NCBI GenBank assembly: GCA_033762115.1
Contig: JANRLX010000121.1
Coordinates: 1 to 26,737, forward strand
Direction of reading: 5' to 3'
Source: Verrucomicrobiota bacterium
Lineage (GTDB): Bacteria; Verrucomicrobiota; Verrucomicrobiia; Limisphaerales; SXQI01
Length of the DNA stretch: 26,737 nt
Under the pieces are notes generated by a model. That model did not search any database. It worked only from the letters and a program-made list of their open reading frames with translations, and was not told the DNA's origin. Shown here piece after piece: positions 1 through 7,394 of this stretch. The position numbers and the translations under genes were made by a program. Positions within the stretch are counted from its first letter, which is position 1, and the number at the start of each line of letters is the position of its first letter.

Positions 1-1395
1 CTCTTCACTGACGCTTTTTAGATATTGTTCAATTTCAGCCTCACTAAGTTTTCGTCCTTTATCCTGCAGTTCCCTAATCTCCTCCGGTGTCAAAAATTCA
101 GCGGCTGTATTTGCCAAAATTGGATCACGCTCCTTTGCTGCAAACAGAGCGAATAAAAGACGTAACTCCGCGGTTGTAGGAACATCGCGAATAAATTGAG
201 GACTGATGAATTGGTAAAGTAACCTGACCAACTCTCCAGCTGGGATAGGAATTCCAGCAACTCCTCCTCCTATGTTCAGACCGGCTATGATTGGCTCCAC
301 GATCAGGTCGATATTGGATTTTTTCATTGCCAATAAACGCCGCGATTTCTCCAAATGGGCGCTCAACAGCGCAAAATCGGCGAGCGCCACCTGCCGAAGC
401 GCTTCCGGTTCCCCGAATTCAATGACATTCCATCGTCGAACGTTCGGTTCTCCTGCCTGACTGACTCGAAACTCAATAGGAGTTTCTCCCGGCAGCGAAG
501 ATGTCACGAGTTCCAGTTCATCCGTCCATCCGCGCGAGGCAAAGGGCAAAGCTTCACGATATCCATTTTCTGAACGAAAGAGCAGTTTTTGGAGAGTTTT
601 CCCCTTATGATCCAGGATTTCCCTCTTGATATCACTCTGCTTGTAAAAGCAATGGATCGCCGAGTAATTGTTTAGATCGTCAACTTCAAATTCTGCCGCA
701 ACCCAGAGATCGTTTTGGTTTGTCGGACTTGCAGGCATTTTACCAATCGGCAGCGATCCTGAATCCGCAAGCTCATTCAATTTTTCCCATTGGGCTGCTG
801 CATTTATATTTCCCTTTTTATCTCGCGCACTCAGTACGACTCGAACCGACAATTGAAGCTCCCGTTGTCGATTGAAGCCGGACTGGGAACGGTATGCGTG
901 TTCGGCTGCCGACCGACCAAATTCAATTCGGCGAAAATGGACAGTTCCATCTATTTCCTTCCATCTGGCGGTGACAAAAGTCGGCGGACGGTTTTCCTGT
1001 TTTTGCAGTTCAGTTAATTCAGAGGCAGTGAGTCGGCGATTGCTTGATTCCCTTTCGCCATAAAGCCAAACCTCGACCAAGGCATCCTTTTCTCCCAAAA
1101 ATCCAATAAAATCATTCCAGGTCGAAAACCGCCCATCAATTGAAACAGGAATACCGTCTTGTTCCAGGACCAGGGCCGCGAACCAATTTGAGCTGCCCCA
1201 TTCATACTGAAGAGTGCCGTAAACCGAACCTATAGCCCGATCATTGGAAGACCTTTGCTGATGAGTTGCGGAGGGAAGCTGATCGAGAACTTTTCTTAAG
1301 TTTTCTTCAGCACTGGCACTTGTCTGTTTTTCCTGTGCCAGCAGAACTCTTCCTGCAAGAAGCAAGATGCTCACGAAATAGATGAGGTGGCTCAT
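1..1395 (-). CDS. Secreted hypothetical protein, partial (runs off left edge, at least 465 aa)
   Basis: Manual translation from ATG at 1395 (MSHLIYFVSILLLAGRVLLAQEKQTSASAEENLRK...KLSEAEIEQYLKSVSEE) has no stop down to position 1. The N-terminus looks like a Sec signal peptide (VLLA|QE). Absent from the ORF track because it has no stop in the window. Confidence 0.85.
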   Translation of the reverse strand, partial: MSHLIYFVSILLLAGRVLLAQEKQTSASAEENLRKVLDQLPSATHQQRSSNDRAIGSVYGTLQYEWGSSNWFAALVLEQDGIPVSIDGRFSTWNDFIGFLGEKDALVEVWLYGERESSNRRLTASELTELQKQENRPPTFVTARWKEIDGTVHFRRIEFGRSAAEHAYRSQSGFNRQRELQLSVRVVLSARDKKGNINAAAQWEKLNELADSGSLPIGKMPASPTNQNDLWVAAEFEVDDLNNYSAIHCFYKQSDIKREILDHKGKTLQKLLFRSENGYREALPFASRGWTDELELVTSSLPGETPIEFRVSQAGEPNVRRWNVIEFGEPEALRQVALADFALLSAHLEKSRRLLAMKKSNIDLIVEPIIAGLNIGGGVAGIPIPAGELVRLLYQFISPQFIRDVPTTAELRLLFALFAAKERDPILANTAAEFLTPEEIRELQDKGRKLSEAEIEQYLKSVSEE

Positions 1396-1570
1396 CGCGA
1401 TTAATGACTCGGACGAGGCATCCTGCGCGGGGCAACCACGAAATGATTGAGGCAAGCCATGCTGGAAAACAATATTGCTTGAAACACGGATTCCCCAATA
1501 TTCATGGGATTCGGACCGCTTTTTCAAGTTTGAGGAGGAGAAGGCCGCTTCGTCAAGCGCATCTGTTGCT

Positions 1571-1599
1571 TTGACCTCCCAAATGGATTTTCGCACTCT
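1571..1599 (+). promoter_or_regulatory. Putative sigma70 promoter of aroC
   Basis: TTGACC-17 bp-CACTCT ending 9 nt before the aroC ATG; no Shine-Dalgarno in between. Confidence 0.45.
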
Positions 1600-1608
1600 T
1601 GGTCTCGC

Positions 1609-2691
1609 ATGGCCAATACGTTCGGACATTTGTTTCGTATCACCACCTGGGGGGAGTCCCATGGTGGGGGCGTTGGGGTCGTTGTTGATGGATGCCCTCC
1701 AAGGATTGAATTGACTGAAAAAGATATCCAGCCGGACCTCGACAGACGCCGTCCCGGCCAATCAAGGATAGTCACTCCTCGAAAGGAAACTGACACAGTC
1801 CAGATTCTCTCGGGAACTTTTGAAGGAAAGACCCTTGGCACCCCCATATCGATGTGGGTGCGGAATGAGGATGCCAGACCTGAAGCCTACTCGGAAATGG
1901 CAACCAAATTCCGCCCTTCCCACGCCGACTACACTTATTTCGCGAAATATGGAATTCGTAACTGGCAGGGAGGTGGCCGATCCAGCGCCCGTGAAACCAT
2001 CGGAAGAGTGGCTGCAGGGGCCATCGCAAAAAAAATCCTCAAGGAATGGTTTGGGGTCGAGATCCTGGCTTATGTAAAGCAGGTGCAGAACCTGGGGGTC
2101 GCGATTGAGCCGGACGAAGTGAAATTCAAGGACATTGAAGCAAATATTGTTCGCTGCCCTGATCCTGTAGTTGCCGAGAAGATGATCCGTTTGATTGAAA
2201 AGGTTCGAAAAATGGGTGACAGCGTGGGCGGGATTGTTGCCGGAATCGCCCGGAATGTTCCGGTCGGTTGGGGTGAACCGGTATTTGATCGTCTTGAAGC
2301 GGACCTTGCCAAAGGGATGTTGAGCCTGCCCGCATCCAAAGGTTTCGATATTGGCTCCGGTTTTGCAGGGATCAGCCTCCGCGGAACCGAGCACAATGAC
2401 TTGATTCGTTCCAAAAACGGGAAGGTCAAAACAACAACCAACCGTTCAGGTGGAGTTCAGGGTGGCATTTCAAACGGGGAAACGATTTATTTTCAGGTGG
2501 CGTTCAAACCTGTCGCAACCGTGATGCATGAACAGGATACCGTGGATATCGAGTTTCAAAACACGACTTTGAAAGGGCGTGGCCGCCATGATCCCTGCGT
2601 TCTTCCCCGGGCGGTCCCGATGGTGGAAGCAATGACCGCGCTGGTCCTGGTGGACCATGCCTTGCGGCACCGCGCGCAATGCTTCGTTTAA
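1609..2691 (+). CDS. aroC: Chorismate synthase
   Basis: [47 protein letters not shown] and GRHDPCV signatures; 360 aa. Confidence 0.98.
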   Translation: MANTFGHLFRITTWGESHGGGVGVVVDGCPPRIELTEKDIQPDLDRRRPGQSRIVTPRKETDTVQILSGTFEGKTLGTPISMWVRNEDARPEAYSEMATKFRPSHADYTYFAKYGIRNWQGGGRSSARETIGRVAAGAIAKKILKEWFGVEILAYVKQVQNLGVAIEPDEVKFKDIEANIVRCPDPVVAEKMIRLIEKVRKMGDSVGGIVAGIARNVPVGWGEPVFDRLEADLAKGMLSLPASKGFDIGSGFAGISLRGTEHNDLIRSKNGKVKTTTNRSGGVQGGISNGETIYFQVAFKPVATVMHEQDTVDIEFQNTTLKGRGRHDPCVLPRAVPMVEAMTALVLVDHALRHRAQCFV

Positions 2692-3866
2692 CGGAGCGAC
2701 GGCACTGATTGCGCTGGGTAGGTATCGAGCCCTGCCCGGCCACTGAACACCGCGATTAAAAACAGCAGATTGGCCCTCCAGGCATCCTGCCAGGCAGCTG
2801 GCATGAAGAGCCAGAAGCTCGCAGCCAGGGCAATGTATGGACCATACGGGATTCGCCCGGTGAACTCCTGTCTTTTCAAGGCGATGCCAATCAGTGAAAC
2901 AGCAGCTCCTACAATGGAACTGCCGAAGATCGCAAAAATAACTGCTGGCCATCCCATAAACGCGCCGATCGCAGCCATGAATTTCACATCTCCGAACCCC
3001 ATCGCTTCCTGTGGCACAACCATCTGGTCCGTCACCACTTCCATTCGTGGCACTGTTGAAGGATCGATCTTCTCTTCACCGATGATCAATTCATCAGGGG
3101 TCAATTTAACGAAAGTCTTGAAATAACACCGGTCCTCCAATTCGACTGTTTTTGCATGCAAAAGCACAGCGTCGCTTTTTCTATAAAACAATTCTTCAAA
3201 TCGAATTTCCTGGTCCGGAAATTTGATCGAGGTTTCATTGAAAATCACCCTGCTGTCCGGCTCAAGCACAAGGCGCTTCTTTCCAAACAACAGTTTACCT
3301 CCTCTTAAAATCAGGTAAATCAAGCCACCGCCAACCGCAATACCATAAAAACTTTCACGCAATGCGGCAGCGCGGTTTTCCACATTCTGAAGTTGAGGCA
3401 CCAGCGCTGAAAGAAGGAATCCTGCGACAATACCACCAATCGTCACTTCGTCAGGAATGATGAAATGCTCCAGGTCAATAAACGTAGCCACCACAAATCC
3501 GGCGAGCAAAAGACAAACTGACAAAGCGAGCAGCGCCGAAACCTGACCAAAACGAATCCATGCACATAAAAAGAGAACACCGGTCAATAGTTCGACCAAA
3601 AAATAACGAACTGAAATGGGAGCAGAACAATTTTTACATTTTCCCCGTAAAAAAAGCCAGGTTACCAACGGGATGTTAAGATACCAGGGGATCGTGTAGT
3701 GACAATGCGGGCAATGTGAAGGGGGCGAGACGATGCTTTCGCCACGAGGCATCCGATGAATGCAAACGTTCAGCAAGCTTCCGACCATGCTCCCAAAAAT
3801 AAAAAGGACCACCGTCCAGAAATGAAACGGCACTGCAGCCCAAATCTGACGGTCAAATGTGGCCAT
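2688..3866 (-). CDS. pilD: Prepilin peptidase / N-methyltransferase (peptidase A24) with internal insertion
   Basis: [18 protein letters not shown] and GKCKNC Zn-binding pairs, [19 protein letters not shown] and IPYGPY. Stop overlaps the aroC stop (convergent). Confidence 0.95.
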   Translation of the reverse strand: MATFDRQIWAAVPFHFWTVVLFIFGSMVGSLLNVCIHRMPRGESIVSPPSHCPHCHYTIPWYLNIPLVTWLFLRGKCKNCSAPISVRYFLVELLTGVLFLCAWIRFGQVSALLALSVCLLLAGFVVATFIDLEHFIIPDEVTIGGIVAGFLLSALVPQLQNVENRAAALRESFYGIAVGGGLIYLILRGGKLLFGKKRLVLEPDSRVIFNETSIKFPDQEIRFEELFYRKSDAVLLHAKTVELEDRCYFKTFVKLTPDELIIGEEKIDPSTVPRMEVVTDQMVVPQEAMGFGDVKFMAAIGAFMGWPAVIFAIFGSSIVGAAVSLIGIALKRQEFTGRIPYGPYIALAASFWLFMPAAWQDAWRANLLFLIAVFSGRAGLDTYPAQSVPSLR

Positions 3867-3927
3867 CTAAAGAGAAATGTTGATCAAAGCGGACTCCTTG
3901 AACGTAAGCCAAAATGGTTCCATGAGT

Positions 3928-4842
3928 TCAACCATAAATATTTCTTTTCAAAGCTTCCCTCATTACTTCTATCGGTGAAGGGACCCCGGTCCACAACTCC
4001 AGCGCCGCGGCACCCTGGTACAGTAGCATTCCAAGTCCATTTGATATTTTACAACCCGATCTTTTGGCTTCGATTAAAAATGGGGTCTCTGCCGGCCTGT
4101 AGATCATATCGTATGCATAACCTGAGTTCCTGAGGGAAAACTTACCCACTTCGAATGGCAACCCGTCCTCTGGACGCAACCCGGCAGAAGTTGCGTTTAT
4201 CACCAATTCGATCTTCTTTTCAGGATAACCAATCTGGACCAACACACCTGGGCAAACCGAGTTGATCTCTTTCATGAGTTCCTGGACCTTCGATGCTGTC
4301 CGATTGACCAACCATAGCTCTCGAACTCCTTCCTCAGCCAGGCGCAACGCTGCAACACGACCTGCTCCACCAGCTCCCAACAGCAGAACTCGCGATTCCG
4401 GCAGGTGAATTCCGATGTCTTCCCTGATTGAGCGAATAATTGCATCAGCATCCGTATTAAAGCCATGGCTGCGAATTTTTTGCGTCTCATTTGCACTCGT
4501 TTGCCCAATGGGTTTCCATTCGCCATTGACATTAGTCTCAAACCGCACGGTGTTGATGGCACCGTATTTTCGCGCCCTTTCATCAACGACATCAACCAAT
4601 TTCATTGCGAGCATCTTGTGCGGGACAGTCAGATTGAGCCCAATGAAGTTCATTGCAGCAGCGCCAGCGATAGCCGCGCCGAGATGCTCAGGAACTACAT
4701 CGAATCCGGCGTAACGCCAATTCAGCCTGAGATGGTTCAGTGCTGCATTATGCATCGCAGGGGATGCGGAATGTTTTACAGGATAGCCATATACCGCGCA
4801 AAAGCGGGTGCTCGCATTGAGCGGTTCGAAAGGACTATTCAT
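3928..4842 (-). CDS. aroE: Shikimate dehydrogenase
   Basis: GYPVKHSASPAMHN, GLNLTVPHK, GAINT, NTD, LLGAGGAGR, INATS, DMIYRP and GLGMLLYQG. ATG at 4842 (alternative TTG at 4845). Confidence 0.96.
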   Translation of the reverse strand: MNSPFEPLNASTRFCAVYGYPVKHSASPAMHNAALNHLRLNWRYAGFDVVPEHLGAAIAGAAAMNFIGLNLTVPHKMLAMKLVDVVDERARKYGAINTVRFETNVNGEWKPIGQTSANETQKIRSHGFNTDADAIIRSIREDIGIHLPESRVLLLGAGGAGRVAALRLAEEGVRELWLVNRTASKVQELMKEINSVCPGVLVQIGYPEKKIELVINATSAGLRPEDGLPFEVGKFSLRNSGYAYDMIYRPAETPFLIEAKRSGCKISNGLGMLLYQGAAALELWTGVPSPIEVMREALKRNIYG

Positions 4843-4865
4843 CAATCAAAGCACTAGAATGCTAA

Positions 4866-5492
4866 TCAAGCTTTGCCGGACTTGCGAACCAACCCAATCA
4901 TGATCCCCTGGATTTCCAACTCCTCTGCGGGAATAAGTTTTGAATAACGTGGATTTTCCGCTTTCAGGAAAGGCTTTCCCTTTTCCACCACAAAGGTTTT
5001 TAAAGTGCTCGCACCATCGATCAATGCAGCCACCACATCTCCTGGAGTCGGATTTGCTCCATACTCCAGAATCACATAATCGCCATCCACAATATGCTTC
5101 TCGATCATCGAATCGCCCCGCACTTCCAATGCAAAAGTTTTGGCAGTGTGTTTGATTCCCAACGAACTTACATCCAGAGTCAGGCAGGCTTCCGCTTCCT
5201 GAAGGCGGGTCTCGGGAGGCCCGGCAGGAATATTTCCAAAAACGGGAATATCCACGAGCCGTTTACGAAGATGCTGAAGAGGTGAAAGCACCTGCATAAA
5301 ACGGGCGCGGCCCCTGGAATCTTCAATATACCCCTTTTTCCGAAGCGCCCGGACATGGTCAGCAGCAGCGTTCATGCTGCGAAAGCCAAAATGGTCAGCA
5401 ATATCCCGAAAGGTTGGGGAATATCCGTTCAATTGCTGCATTTTAACAATGAACTCCAGGACATTTTGTTGGCGCTTGGTTAGCGGCTTCAT
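4866..5492 (-). CDS. lexA: SOS transcriptional repressor LexA
   Basis: LTKRQ..., PTFRDIADHFGFRSMNAAADHVRALRKKGYI winged HTH, Ala-Gly cleavage site (IPAGPP), catalytic Ser (GDSM) and Lys (TLKT). ATG at 5492 preferred over TTG at 5528, which falls in the -35 box. Confidence 0.96.
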   Translation of the reverse strand: MKPLTKRQQNVLEFIVKMQQLNGYSPTFRDIADHFGFRSMNAAADHVRALRKKGYIEDSRGRARFMQVLSPLQHLRKRLVDIPVFGNIPAGPPETRLQEAEACLTLDVSSLGIKHTAKTFALEVRGDSMIEKHIVDGDYVILEYGANPTPGDVVAALIDGASTLKTFVVEKGKPFLKAENPRYSKLIPAEELEIQGIMIGLVRKSGKA

Positions 5493-5512
5493 CACTGAAC
5501 AGTTTTCCAGTA
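5493..5512. promoter_or_regulatory. Putative LexA operator (CTG-N10-CAG SOS box) overlapping the lexA promoter
   Basis: CACTGAACAGTTTTCCAGTA matches TACTG-N10-CAGTA at 9 of 10 defined positions. It abuts the lexA ATG and covers a candidate -10 (minus strand TTGACG 5528-5523, 16 bp, AAAACT 5506-5501). Confidence 0.7.
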
Positions 5513-5685
5513 AAACTCCAGCCGTCAATCCTTAAACCGGCCTGAGTAGTCAGATACAATTTTCCTGTAATCTCAAAACATGGCCATGCCTCTTTGCCCC
5601 AATTTCAATCAGATGCTTTAGTTATCCTACTGCTCCAAGGCGCTGCCATGCTGTGTCCTGGGCAGAATTTATAGGAGTATCTTGC

Positions 5686-6453
5686 ATGAACCACGAAAAT
5701 ACCCGTCGACAGCCTCAACGTCAGTGGAACCAATCCCCAGAATCACACGATTGGTCTTATGATGAACGTCATCCACATGATCGATGGGAACGGGAAGATG
5801 ATTTCCGACAGGAGCAGGATGGACTGCGCCGACCTTATGACACGCATGAAACCCGGTCTGTTCCACAGCAATCGGGTTGGGATGATCCCGTTCGAAATTA
5901 CCCTGAACACCGGCAACATCGGGACTATAACCGGGACCTGGGCAATCGAGCTCAATGGGATGGTGATTTAAACCGTCACGGCCAGGATGAAAATCGTTCC
6001 CGTTATGATTATGAGAGATCGTCACATGATGATCACAGACATTATGATCCCCGAGGAAACGCTCGCCCTGAACGATCTTCCAGCCCTCCAGAGCGGGAAT
6101 ATTATGGGAGACAACGGGACGAACGGGACACTCGCCATTGGGATTACCAGGGTGGTTCTGGACAGAACTACGGTTATCAGAATCAACAGAGCCAGCGTTA
6201 TGAGGGCCAACATGATTGGGGTCGTGAAACCCGGCGTTACGAAGAGCAACAGCGGCGAGGAATACGCGATCAGGAAGCTTATCGCAACGAGCAACAGCGT
6301 CAAACTCCCGGGCAGAACCAACGCCCAGGCTGGGAACCGGAAAACCCGTCGCACTACCGCGAACGCCCACGACATGAGCAGCGATCCATTTCCGAAGGAT
6401 ATTATTCTCAACACCGGAACCAGCCACGTAGCAGAAGACGAAACGACGAATAA
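5686..6453 (+). CDS. Arg/Gln/Asp/Glu/Tyr-rich intrinsically disordered protein (255 aa)
   Basis: AGGAG RBS at 5673-5677, 8 nt before ATG 5686. Extremely hydrophilic; no Lys or Cys. Confidence 0.75.
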   Translation: MNHENTRRQPQRQWNQSPESHDWSYDERHPHDRWEREDDFRQEQDGLRRPYDTHETRSVPQQSGWDDPVRNYPEHRQHRDYNRDLGNRAQWDGDLNRHGQDENRSRYDYERSSHDDHRHYDPRGNARPERSSSPPEREYYGRQRDERDTRHWDYQGGSGQNYGYQNQQSQRYEGQHDWGRETRRYEEQQRRGIRDQEAYRNEQQRQTPGQNQRPGWEPENPSHYRERPRHEQRSISEGYYSQHRNQPRSRRRNDE

Positions 6454-6474
6454 CCATCAGTTTTAATCTGGCAT

Positions 6475-7392
6475 ATGAGAGAACGATACCGAGACCCTGA
6501 ATCGAACAGACGCTACGATGATCGACATCAACGCGTAAACGAACCGCCAAGGCAGGAATGGCAGAGTGATGACCGTGAGTATCGGGACCATTACCAACCC
6601 GAAGAGCACAAACATATGCATGATCAGCAACCTCGCGGTGAGCGTGATTATATGCGCAATGAACGTGAGTGGGAACGGGAAGGTTTTTCCCAAAGCCAAC
6701 AAGACCGTGCTTATTATCGACAAGAGCCTTATCAATCAAACTTCGAGCAGCAGAGGGATTGGCGAGAGGAAGGACGCGGGTATCCTCGTTATGACCGGCA
6801 GGAAGGCCCCTGGCATGGCGATGAACCAAGTTATTCTGAACGCTCTGAAGAGTATCGTGGCTACCGTGGTGATCCCCGTGAAGAATCCAGCAGGAGAAGA
6901 GAAGAGCGACCTCCCTACCGTCCGGAAGATCATTATAACCGAGGCCCTGAAGATGATAGAGAGAGTTTCCGACGTCATCCTGCTCAAGAACGTGAAGGAT
7001 ACCCGGTGCAAAGAAACTATGGGGATGATCAAACCTCTCGTGGCGGAAAATGGGACCAATCTCGTTTTGAAAATCACCATTATCAGCATAGTGCAGCGGG
7101 TTTCGATGATATGACCGGTGGTAGCAATGATCAGGGAAGAGCCACTCGCGGTCGCAATCGTTCAATTAGACAGGGCATGGACGGTCGGTTTAGTTCTGGT
7201 GAACAGGCGCAATTGGACAGGGAACGTCAACATTCCCGCGCCATCTCGCAAAGGGATGATGAGCCAGGGCAACATGCTAATTATCGAAATGAAGACTCCC
7301 AAACAAGTGGTCGAGTAAATCAGGCGTTTAGAACCACGAAAGCCAAACTCAAAGAGGGACGCTCCAGGAAAACCGCAAAAAAGAAAAAGTGA
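6475..7392 (+). CDS. Arg/Glu/Asp/Tyr-rich intrinsically disordered protein with Lys-rich C-terminal tail (305 aa)
   Basis: Same compositional bias as the upstream ORF; ends KAKLKEGRSRKTAKKKK; stops 2 nt from the convergent GH31 stop. Confidence 0.75.
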   Translation: MRERYRDPESNRRYDDRHQRVNEPPRQEWQSDDREYRDHYQPEEHKHMHDQQPRGERDYMRNEREWEREGFSQSQQDRAYYRQEPYQSNFEQQRDWREEGRGYPRYDRQEGPWHGDEPSYSERSEEYRGYRGDPREESSRRREERPPYRPEDHYNRGPEDDRESFRRHPAQEREGYPVQRNYGDDQTSRGGKWDQSRFENHHYQHSAAGFDDMTGGSNDQGRATRGRNRSIRQGMDGRFSSGEQAQLDRERQHSRAISQRDDEPGQHANYRNEDSQTSGRVNQAFRTTKAKLKEGRSRKTAKKKK

Positions 7393-7394
7393 TA

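Noticed and set aside
272..1498. Short ORFs listed in the first 1.5 kb
   Set aside because: They are shadows of the long minus-strand CDS 1..1395.
5493..5528. TTG-start N-terminal extension of LexA (and similar track extensions at 5653, 11814, 13664, 15951 and 24514)
   Set aside because: The extensions overlap promoters or neighbouring genes, or lack homologous character; downstream ATGs fit family N-termini or RBS positions better.
5669..7165. 498-aa antisense ORF and long alternative-frame ORFs over the disordered genes
   Set aside because: Explained by composition: the sense proteins rarely have T (or C) at codon position 2, which removes stops in that register on both strands. The His/Val-rich translation has no recognisable features.
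5686..7392. Possible CRISPR array or tandem DNA repeat
   Set aside because: The repetitiveness is at the amino-acid composition level; no constant nucleotide repeat with spacers and no cas genes.
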